Positions 22,101 through 29,969 of a stretch of DNA of 64,000 nt are shown here, piece after piece (the first letter of the stretch is position 1; the number at the start of each line of letters is the position of its first letter). Source of the DNA: Myxococcales bacterium (lineage in GTDB: Bacteria > Myxococcota_A > Polyangia > Polyangiales > Houyiibacteriaceae); contig JAGQJE010000169.1 of NCBI GenBank assembly GCA_020430775.1, forward strand, positions 2,343-66,342, given 5' to 3'. Below the pieces are notes generated by a model, which did not search any database, was not told the origin of the DNA, and was given only the letters and a program-made list of their open reading frames with translations. The position numbers and the translations under genes are program-made.

Positions 22101-23171
22101 GGCGAGATCGGGCGCCAGCGCTTCGCCGCCGGTGACGCACTTGAGCCCGCGCGGGAGCGGTACTTCGCGGTCGACGAGGAGGCGCCACGTCGTGGCCACC
22201 GCCTGCAGGACGGTCGCGCGCTCTCGGGCGAGCAGGGCCCCGAAGCGCTTCGGATCGAGCACCGCGCCCTGCGGGGCGAGGCAGACCGTGCCGCCGACGC
22301 AGAGCGGCAGGAGCAGCTCCATCACGGCCGGGTCGAACCCCACGGTCGTCACGGCGAGCCAGCGATCTGCGGCGCTCAGATCGAGCAGCCGCTCGAACGC
22401 GGCGAACACGTTGGCGAGCCCCCGGTGGGGGACCTCGACGCCCTTCGGCCGGCCCGTCGAGCCGGACGTGTAGATGACGTAGCAGAGGTCGTCGAGGGAG
22501 GGTTCGGCAGCCGGCGGCGCCACCGCCGGGGCCTCGTCGATGGGTGCTGACGGGTCGTCGAGGACGAGCACGCGGGCGCCGGTCCCCTCGACGTGCCCCC
22601 GCGTGCGCTCCTCGGTGAGCGCGACCTTCGCGGCGGCGTCCTCGATGATGTAGCGGACGCGCTCCGGGCTCTGCTCGGGGTCGAGTGGCAGGAACGCCCC
22701 GCCCGCCTTCAGGACGGCGAGCAACGACACGATGAGGTCCGGTCCGCGGCCGAGGCAGACCGCGACCAGCACGTCCGGGCCGACGCCGGCCTCGGTCAGG
22801 CGCGCCGCGAGCCCGTTGGCGCGGCCCTCGAGCTCGCCGTAGGTCAGGCGCGCGCCGTCGAAGGCGACCGCCTCGGCCTGCGGGCGCGCGCGGACCTGCT
22901 CGGCGATGCGGTGGTGGATCGGGACGAGCCCGGCTTCAGCGGCGGCGTGCGCTGCCTTGGGCGTCGCTCGCAGGTGGGCCCCACCGCGGTTGGTCACTCC
23001 GGGGGTTCGCTCGTCTCGGTTACGCTCGTGTGCCAGTTCGGACACCCCTTGCCTTCGGTCGACGCGCGTTTTTGGCCGCCGGTCCGCGGCGAGCGTCGAC
23101 CGAACCAGCATGCCCAATCGACCGGTAGGAGGGCAACCGGGCGGTTCGAAGCGACGCGGGCGCCGCCCCAT
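16164..23171 (-). CDS. hybrid NRPS-PKS with C-terminal aminotransferase domain: A-PCP-KS-AT-ACP-AMT
   Basis: Up to 2335 aa. A: LCYVIYTSGSTGRPKGV, NAYGPTE, YRTGDLVR, GKVDR (21402..22919). PCP: FFDLGGTSV (21177..21383). KS: HTACSTG, EAHGTGT, GNLGH (19797..21083). AT: GHSIGE, HAFHS (18612..19511). ACP: GLDSLL (18078..18299). Class-III PLP aminotransferase: NTGSEAVMGAMRLAR, FDEVITGFR, ATYGKILGGGLPIGG (16302..17654). The true start is probably ATG 23111, because ATG 23171 sits in a hairpin loop. Confidence 0.9.
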   Translation of the reverse strand: MGRRPRRFEPPGCPPTGRLGMLVRSTLAADRRPKTRVDRRQGVSELAHERNRDERTPGVTNRGGAHLRATPKAAHAAAEAGLVPIHHRIAEQVRARPQAEAVAFDGARLTYGELEGRANGLAARLTEAGVGPDVLVAVCLGRGPDLIVSLLAVLKAGGAFLPLDPEQSPERVRYIIEDAAAKVALTEERTRGHVEGTGARVLVLDDPSAPIDEAPAVAPPAAEPSLDDLCYVIYTSGSTGRPKGVEVPHRGLANVFAAFERLLDLSAADRWLAVTTVGFDPAVMELLLPLCVGGTVCLAPQGAVLDPKRFGALLARERATVLQAVATTWRLLVDREVPLPRGLKCVTGGEALAPDLAGALLERGVRLWNAYGPTEASICATVDAIVEPSPITIGRAIDGMRAYVLDDALRPVPDGVAGELCLGGLGLARGYLGRPERTAQSFVDRAPDGAELPERLYRTGDLVRREPDGRLTYHGRRDHQVKIRGYRIELGEIEAALLALPEVAEAVVQPQPAPSGAQQLVAYLVAAGPTEAEAPALDPAALGEALRARLPDYMVPSAYVVLDALPLSANGKVDRGALPAPTRERPALSAPYRPPASALERALAGVWADVLGLDRVGIDDGFFDLGGTSVLAVSAIAALERTHGVEVPVVQLFAEPTVRGLCRWIEARDGAAASGGAAAAERAHASSGPSATDHAGEPVAIIGMAVRVSGAEDLDTFWQHLLDGVESIDRFDDDDLDPSVSEADRRDPGYVRARGVVPGGDTFDAAFFGVGKREAEITDPQQRALLELAWHALEDAGTPAGRITGRCGVFAGTMNNTYFTSYVAPRADLWRTIGETALTIANEKDYVASRVAYKLDLTGPAVSVHTACSTGLVAVHEAVQSLRDGSSDLALAGGMTLAFPANVGYPHIEGGMRSADGRCRPFDADASGTLFSDGGGLVVLRRLSDALAAGDRIYAVIRGTAINNDGARKVSYTAPSAAGQATVIVDALRDARLPAAGIGYVEAHGTGTALGDPIELDGLNRAFAADGRLEPGSRVLGAIKGNLGHLAAAAGVIGLIKTALAIEHGELPPTLHFRRPNPHLDFAGGPFRVSAERSAWPALPGPRRAGVSSFGVGGTNAHVVLEQAPERGAPATVGSGGAYVLTLSAKTEASVDAAADALAARLEGDPALAPQDVAFTLETGRAELPFRRAVVCEDLAGGAAALRGERPADAFRGHVERDDVSVAFAFPGQGAQHPGMGRSLYEDEAVYRETLDRCAAELEAVAGFDVRAMLHATDRDTDEAAAALTETRYTQPAIFCVSYAVARQWERWGVRPAAMIGHSIGELVAACLAGVLSERDALRFIAERGRLMQALPPGAMLSVRAAAADIETELVPGVALAAINGPRDCVVGGEEAPVRAVAAALERRDIACRMLRTSHAFHSAMMDPIVEPLRALAATMTLHPAEVPIVSSVTGDWLRPEQATDPGYWARHAREPVRFADAAARLFAETEHAVLDCGPRGTAAALCRRSLDRGSSRAVVAALGAGGDVSEERVAARRAFARLWVAGVRFDASARWPLGRARRVSLPGYAFERERYHLALSEPHAKTTKTTSPDAPPARVSAPAPRAAPASAVAAAPPEKAPTMTRTERLIPIIAEVLEETSGLSLSELPSDMPFVEMGLDSLLLTQASLSLKRRFDVALTFRQLMRDLSTPSALAAYLDAELPPDRFAAPEPPPDPTAAPAAPTAPASGGVAGTAQPIAALAMPVTAIDAAPGTVQAVIAQQLELMQRQLALLGAAPPVAAPAPTPAVAAPAPSPVSAAATPPAEPAQPATAPEAAPTGDTTEEPARPARAFGAQARIEHAGADQLTPRQQKALARFTEAYVARTRASKDRTAQDRPHLADPRVVTGFHPLIKELTYPLLVDRSKGSRVWDIDGNEYIDVTCGFGADFLGHSCPEVIEAVHTQLDRGIEIGPQHPLAGEVTKLICEMTGHERAVMCNTGSEAVMGAMRLARTVSGKKTIAMFDGDYHGIFDEVIVRGSPSGRSFPASAGILREAVANTLVLEYGAPESLRILRERADTLAAVLVEPVQSRNVALQPKAFLRELRELTAERGVALIFDEVITGFRIALGGAQAHFGVKADLATYGKILGGGLPIGGIAGSRKYMDALDGGAWRFGDDSTPEVGVTYFAGTFVRHPLALAASKAALSLLKERGDAMLDAINARTAGLVERLNAHFTAVDAPLRLSSFSSVFRLACDVPEPMPTLFAYYLRYHGIHAFHGRTYFLTIAHTDADVAAIEEAFKRAASDMSASGLFPPQRQPVAALHTDEPPVPGARLGRDRDGKPAWFAPDADRPGQYKRVG

Positions 23172-23190
23172 GTAGGACGGCGCCCGCGTC
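23153..23190 (-). terminator. strong GC hairpin between hppA and the NRPS-PKS gene (terminator or attenuator candidate)
   Basis: A perfect 13-bp inverted repeat, gacgcgggcgccg (23153..23165) and cggcgcccgcgtc (23178..23190), has a 12-nt loop. No U-tract follows it. Confidence 0.35.
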
Positions 23191-23225
23191 GAGTGGGTCG
23201 CCCGCGCGCGGCGGGCGGTCGTGGC

Positions 23226-25328
<2,103 letters not shown>

Positions 25329-25363
25329 CTCTCCTACCCCGCGAGTGCGGGTCGAGTGGCGCG

Positions 25364-25391
25364 TTCATAGTGTATTTTGACGGTCCGTCAA
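25364..25391 (-). promoter_or_regulatory. candidate hppA promoter
   Basis: On the minus strand: TTGACG (25391..25386), a 16-nt spacer, then TATGAA (25369..25364). About 35 nt further on comes gtaggagaggtg and the ATG at 25328. Confidence 0.4.
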
Positions 25392-25393
25392 AA
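25375..25393. promoter_or_regulatory. perfect 9-1-9 palindrome overlapping the hppA -35 (operator candidate)
   Basis: ttttgacgg t ccgtcaaaa, in a locally AT-rich stretch. Confidence 0.4.
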
Positions 25394-25481
25394 CGCGGCG
25401 GTCATTTGTAGCTCGGGCGGGCCAGGCCGAGCGGCCGCTGCGCCCGCCGGCAAAGCGCACGCATGCGCGCCCGGGCGGACG

Positions 25482-26411
25482 TCAGCCGCGGCGGTGCTCC
25501 TCGATGGCGGCCCGCACGCCGGCGACGTCGGCCATCGTCTCGACGTTCATCCGCGCGAGGGTCTTGTCGATGCGACGGATGAGCCCGGTGAGCACCTTGC
25601 CCGGTCCGATCTCGACGAAGAGGGTGGCGCCGTCCGCCGCCATGCGCTCGACCGTCTCCTCCCAGCGCACCGGACGACTCACCTGCCTCCGGAGCGCGTC
25701 CCGAGCGGCCTCTGCGTCGCGGACCGGGCGCGCGTCGGCGTTGACGTACACCGGCACCGAGGGGTCGCGCATGGGCGTCGCGGCGAGGTCCGGGGCGAGC
25801 CGCTCGGCGGCGGGCTCCATGAGCGAGGTGTGAAACGGCGCGCTCACGGGCAGGGCCGTCACGCGCGCGCCGCCGGCCCGCAGCACCTCCGCGGCGGCCG
25901 CGACCGCGCCGGCCGCCCCGGCGATGACTATCTGGCCGGGGCAGTTGTAGTTCGCGGCCTCGACCACGCCGTCCACGGCCGCGCAGGCCTCGTCGACCGC
26001 GCTGCGCTCCGCCTTCAGCACGGCGACCATGGCGCCGTCGCCCACCGGGACGGCGTCCTGCATATAGCCCCCGCGGCGCCGGACGAGCCGCACGGCGTCC
26101 GCGAGCTCGAGCGTGCCCGCGGCGACGTGCGCGCTGTACTCGCCCAGCGAGTGACCCGCCGCCATGTCGCAGCGCCGGTCGAGCGCCCGCAGCAGCGCGA
26201 CCGATGTCGTCAGGATCGCCGGCTGGGTGTTCTCCGTCAGCCGCAGGGCGTCCTCCGGCCCGTCGAAGCAGAGGCTCGAGAGCGACTCGCCCAGCGCCGC
26301 GTCGGCGGCGTCGAAGACCTCGCGGGCGCGCGCGGAGGCCTCGGCCGCGTCCCGGCCCATCCCGACCCTCTGGCTACCCTGCCCCGGAAACACGAAAGCG
26401 ACCTTGCCCAT
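25482..26411 (-). CDS. fabD: malonyl-CoA:ACP transacylase
   Basis: Motifs are MGKVAFVFPGQGSQRVGMG, GHSLGEYSA and QNTQPAIL-type LTENTQPAILTTSVA. 309 aa. Confidence 0.9.
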   Translation of the reverse strand: MGKVAFVFPGQGSQRVGMGRDAAEASARAREVFDAADAALGESLSSLCFDGPEDALRLTENTQPAILTTSVALLRALDRRCDMAAGHSLGEYSAHVAAGTLELADAVRLVRRRGGYMQDAVPVGDGAMVAVLKAERSAVDEACAAVDGVVEAANYNCPGQIVIAGAAGAVAAAAEVLRAGGARVTALPVSAPFHTSLMEPAAERLAPDLAATPMRDPSVPVYVNADARPVRDAEAARDALRRQVSRPVRWEETVERMAADGATLFVEIGPGKVLTGLIRRIDKTLARMNVETMADVAGVRAAIEEHRRG

Positions 26412-26491
26412 GTGCCGGGGGATAGCACGGCATGGGGCGCCTCGCTGGACGCGTCGTTGACAGGTCCCGCGCCCGACTCTAACCATGCGGC

Positions 26492-26743
26492 ATGATCGAG
26501 CCGAGCGAGATCGAGGCGCGCATCCGGACCGGTGTCGAGGGGGTCGAGCACGTGGTCGTGCGCGACCTCACCGGGACGAAGGACCACTTCGCGGCGACCG
26601 TCGTCGCGGCGGCCTTCGAGGGCAAGTCGCGCGTCGCCCAGCACCAGCTCGTGTACCGGGCGCTCGGTGAGCTCGTCGGCGGGGCCGTCCACGCGCTCGC
26701 GCTCGAGACCCACACCCCGGCTTCGTGGGCCGAGCGCGCCTGA
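26492..26743 (+). CDS. BolA-family protein
   Basis: 83 aa. GTKDHFAATVVAAAFEGKSRVAQHQLVYRAL...VHALALET is the BolA signature layout. It sits immediately upstream of a monothiol glutaredoxin. Confidence 0.8.
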   Translation: MIEPSEIEARIRTGVEGVEHVVVRDLTGTKDHFAATVVAAAFEGKSRVAQHQLVYRALGELVGGAVHALALETHTPASWAERA

Positions 26744-26779
26744 GGCGCCTCGCTCGCACCGTTTGGAGGATCGACGGAG

Positions 26780-27118
26780 ATGGACGCTGAGCTGAAGACT
26801 CGCCTCGAGGCGCTCGTGCGCGACAACCCGATCGTGCTCTTCATGAAGGGCACCAAGCACTTTCCGCAGTGCGGCTTCTCGGCGGCGACCGTCGAGATGC
26901 TGCGCCGCACCGGGGCGGATTTCATCACCGTGAACGTCCTCGAGGATCCCGCGGTGCGTCAGGGCATCAAAGAGTTTTCGAGCTGGCCGACGATCCCCCA
27001 GCTCTACGTCCGCGGTGAGTTCATCGGCGGCTGCGACATCGTCCGCGAGATGTACGACTCCGGCGAGCTCCAGAAGCTCGTGGACGGCGTGTCAGTAGCG
27101 GGCGAGGCCTCCGCCTGA
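26780..27118 (+). CDS. grxD: Grx4-type monothiol glutaredoxin
   Basis: Motifs are VLFMKGTKHFPQCGFS (CGFS active site), WPTIPQLYVRGEFIGGCDI. Confidence 0.9.
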   Translation: MDAELKTRLEALVRDNPIVLFMKGTKHFPQCGFSAATVEMLRRTGADFITVNVLEDPAVRQGIKEFSSWPTIPQLYVRGEFIGGCDIVREMYDSGELQKLVDGVSVAGEASA

Positions 27119-27132
27119 CGCCTACGGCGCGT

Positions 27133-28458
27133 TCAGCGCGCCGCTGGGGCGTCGAGCTTCGCCCGCGCGACCTCCGAGCCCGGGTCGCGCGCCAGGGCGG
27201 CGCGCCAGTCTTCGCGCGCGGCGGCCTCGTCGTGAGCGGCCTCGTCGAGCAACCCGAGGTTGAGCCACGGGTTCGCGTCGGTCGGGTCGAGCGCCGCGGC
27301 GCGCTCGAAGGCCTTGCGCGCCGCGTCCGGGTGACCGGCGTGCATCAGCGCCGCGCCGCGTCCGTTATGGGCGGCGGCCAGGTCGGGCGCGAGCGCGAGC
27401 GCCTTGTCGAACGCTCGCACCGCGTCATCGAGCGCGGCGTCGGCGACCAGGGCGTTGCCGAGCTTGAGCCACGCGGTCGGGTCCTGGCCGTCGCGGTCGG
27501 TCGCCTCGCGGTAGTACACGAGCGCCTCGTCGATGCGGCGCGCGCGCAGGTACAGGTCACCGAGGGCGAGGGCGGGGGCGGGGTCGTTCGGCGCGAGATC
27601 GGCCGCCCGCTGAAAGTCGGCGGCCGCCGCGTCGGCGAGCCCGAGGTCCATCGCCGCGAGCCCACGCCCGAGACGCGCTTGCGCCTCTTCGCCCGGCGTG
27701 TGGGCGGCGGCGAGCGCCGTCGAGAACGCCGTCTTCGACAGCTCAGGCTGGTGCGCCGCGCGAAGCGCGCGGCCGAGGTCGATCCAGGCTTCGAGGTCGC
27801 GCTCGTTGAGGCGCACGGCGTCGCGGTAGGCGGCCTCGGCGCCTTCGAGGTCTCCCGTCGCCTCGCGCGCGCGCCCGAGGCGGTCCGCGACGTAGCCGGA
27901 CTTCGGGACGCGCCTCGCGAGCCCCTCGAGCGCGGCGAGCGCCGCCTTCGGCTCGCCGCGCGCGAGGGCGAGCGCTCCGCTCAGCAGCAGCGCCCGCGGA
28001 TCGTCCGGCGCGAGCGACAACGCCGCGTTCGCGTGCAGGGTGGCCTCCGCGAGGTCGGTCCGGCGCCACGCGAGCGTCCCGGCCAGCACGCGCAAGCGCG
28101 CCGTCCAGCCGAGGCGGGCGCGCGCCGAGTCGAGCGCCGTCTCGGCCTTCGGGAGGTCGCCTTCTTCGAGCGCTTCGATCGCGCGGGCGTAGTCTAGCTC
28201 TCCCTCGACGTGGGTGCGCTGGTCGTCGCTCACGCCGAGCTCGAGCGCCTGTGAGAGCGCGGCGCGCGCGGTCGACGCCTGGAGGCGGTCGAGCGCTGGC
28301 GCCTCGAGGAGCCCGGCGCCGAGGCGCGCGTCTGCCTTCTGGACGAGCGCGGCCGCCTCGCGCTCTCGCCGGACCCGCTCGACGCCCCGCCACGCGAGGC
28401 TGACAGAGAGCAAGATGGCCGCCGCGACCAGGCCGGCGAGCACCGCGCGTGAAGACAT
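27133..28458 (-). CDS. membrane-anchored TPR-repeat protein
   Basis: The N-terminal TM is AVLAGLVAAAILLSVSLAW. It is followed by about 10 TPR-like A..A...Y..AL..DP repeats. Confidence 0.7.
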   Translation of the reverse strand: MSSRAVLAGLVAAAILLSVSLAWRGVERVRREREAAALVQKADARLGAGLLEAPALDRLQASTARAALSQALELGVSDDQRTHVEGELDYARAIEALEEGDLPKAETALDSARARLGWTARLRVLAGTLAWRRTDLAEATLHANAALSLAPDDPRALLLSGALALARGEPKAALAALEGLARRVPKSGYVADRLGRAREATGDLEGAEAAYRDAVRLNERDLEAWIDLGRALRAAHQPELSKTAFSTALAAAHTPGEEAQARLGRGLAAMDLGLADAAAADFQRAADLAPNDPAPALALGDLYLRARRIDEALVYYREATDRDGQDPTAWLKLGNALVADAALDDAVRAFDKALALAPDLAAAHNGRGAALMHAGHPDAARKAFERAAALDPTDANPWLNLGLLDEAAHDEAAAREDWRAALARDPGSEVARAKLDAPAAR

Positions 28459-28555
28459 CGGCGAGGCCTACCCAGCGTTGGCGCGTCGGGTCAAGCGAGC
28501 GACCGTCATGGATGGGGGCTCCGCGCTGCTGACGGCCGGCCGGCCGGCGGGCGCG

Positions 28556-28833
28556 GATGCGGGGAGTGGGACTTCGGTTCGGGATCGGGCACGAGATCGG
28601 GATCGGGATCGGGCGCGGGATCGGGCGCGGGATCGGGCGCGGGTTCGGGCGCGGGTTCGGGCGCGGGATCGGGCGCGGGTTCGGGCACGAGATCGGGATC
28701 AGGATCGGTCACGGACTCGGTCACGGTCACGGACTCGGTCACGGACTCGGTCACGGACTCGGTCACGGACTCGGTCACGGTCACGGACTCGGGAGCGGGG
28801 TCGGGTGTGGGTGTGGGGCGGGGTCAGGTGGGG
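28556..28833. repeat. Hexanucleotide array (GGGNNC)n, G-rich on the + strand, in a divergent intergenic region
   Basis: gggatcgggcgcgggatcgggcgcgggttcgggcgc... has about twenty GGG tracts with 3-nt spacers. It continues as (ggtcac/ggactc)n and gggtgt units. Confidence 0.9.
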
Positions 28834-28925
28834 GCGCGACGCTGGGTGTCTCACCGGGCGGAACCGCGTCGCCGGCTGGACGCGGACTTGCCGCCGCATC
28901 CCGTTTCCGGGACGCTAGCGGCCGG

Positions 28926-29969
28926 ATGACCGAAGCGACGATCCTGCTCGCCGGCAAGTACGAGCTGCTCGAGCTCGCCGGTGAGGGCGGCATGGCCCAG
29001 GTGTTTCGTGGGCTCACGCACGGCGCCGCCGGCTTCTCCCGCCCGGTCGCCATCAAGCGGCTTCGCGACGACCTGGCGGTCGATCCAGAGATCGTGGCGC
29101 TCTTCGTCGAAGAGGCGCGCGTGGTCGCCCGGCTCGCGCACCCGAACGTCGTGCAGGTGCACGACTTCGATGTGGACGCGCACGGGCGCTACTTCCTCGT
29201 GATGGAGTGGATCGAGGGGCTGAACCTCCTCGACTGGGCGTTCGCGTTCGAGCGAGCCGACCAGCGCACGCCGTGGCCGCTGCTCTGCGCCGTCGTGATC
29301 GAGTGTCTGGCCGCGCTCACGGCGGCGCACCGGCGCGTGGACTCCGCGGGGCGCTCGGTGCCGATCTACCATCGCGACGTCACGCCGCAGAACGTGCTGC
29401 TGAGCGTGGGCGGCGTCGTGAAGCTCACCGACTTCGGGCTCGCGCGCTCGATGGACCGGCGCCGGATGACCCGCCCGCAGATCCTGAAGGGCAAGGTCTC
29501 GTACATGGCGCCGGAGCTCTTCGCCGGGGCGGAGCCGTCCGTTCAGAGCGATCTCTACTCGCTCGGCGTCCTGCTCTGGGAGACGCTCGTAGGGCGCAAG
29601 CTCTTCAAGGGCGACAGCCCGATGGAAGTGGTGCAGGCCATCCAAGCGGCGAAGGTGCCGCCGCTCGACTCGGCGCGCCCTGACGTCCCGGCTGCCCTCG
29701 CGTCCATCGTGCACCGCGCGCTCGACGCCGACCCCGCGGCGCGGTTTCGGTCCGCCGCGACCATGGCCCGGTCGCTCGCCAACCTGCTGCGCGTCACGCC
29801 CGAGTCGACCGCGGCGGACGTGATCGGTGCGAGCGTGCAGCTCGCGCGGGAGCGGATCGAGGTCGCGACCACCCGGCCGGCGCCGAGCGCGTTCTCGATG
29901 CACGAGCTGGAGGCGTTCTCGCACGCCCCCACCGAGCAGCCCGCCACGTCGAGCGACCCGCGCCCCTGA
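28926..29969 (+). CDS. Ser/Thr protein kinase (kinase domain only)
   Basis: Motifs are GEGGMAQVF, VAIKRL, HRDVTPQNVLL, DFGLAR, SYMAPE and DLYSLGVLLWE. 347 aa. ATG at 28926 lies within the 470-aa track ORF. Confidence 0.9.
   Translation: MTEATILLAGKYELLELAGEGGMAQVFRGLTHGAAGFSRPVAIKRLRDDLAVDPEIVALFVEEARVVARLAHPNVVQVHDFDVDAHGRYFLVMEWIEGLNLLDWAFAFERADQRTPWPLLCAVVIECLAALTAAHRRVDSAGRSVPIYHRDVTPQNVLLSVGGVVKLTDFGLARSMDRRRMTRPQILKGKVSYMAPELFAGAEPSVQSDLYSLGVLLWETLVGRKLFKGDSPMEVVQAIQAAKVPPLDSARPDVPAALASIVHRALDADPAARFRSAATMARSLANLLRVTPESTAADVIGASVQLARERIEVATTRPAPSAFSMHELEAFSHAPTEQPATSSDPRP

Noticed and set aside
11489-23171. Siderophore cluster regulated by the adjacent Fur-family gene
   Set aside because: The fur-like gene is convergent with the NRPS and divergent from secA. 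I found no Fur-box-like AT-rich palindrome upstream of the synthetase. There are no receptor, transporter or hydroxamate/catecholate genes. The adjacency may be coincidental.
25482-26411. Stand-alone fabD as a trans-AT for the nearby PKS module
   Set aside because: The PKS module has its own intact cis-AT (GHSIGE, HAFHS). fabD is separated from it by hppA and looks like the housekeeping enzyme.
27125-27141. Short hairpin ggcgcg-ttcag-cgcgcc between convergent grxD and the TPR gene as a bidirectional terminator
   Set aside because: It has only a 6-bp stem and no U-tract on either strand, and it overlaps the TPR gene stop codon. This is too weak to call.
28690-28800. Possible CRISPR array (regularly spaced ggtcacggactc units)
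   Set aside because: The units are contiguous 6-12-nt microsatellite repeats with no unique spacers. No cas genes are in the window.
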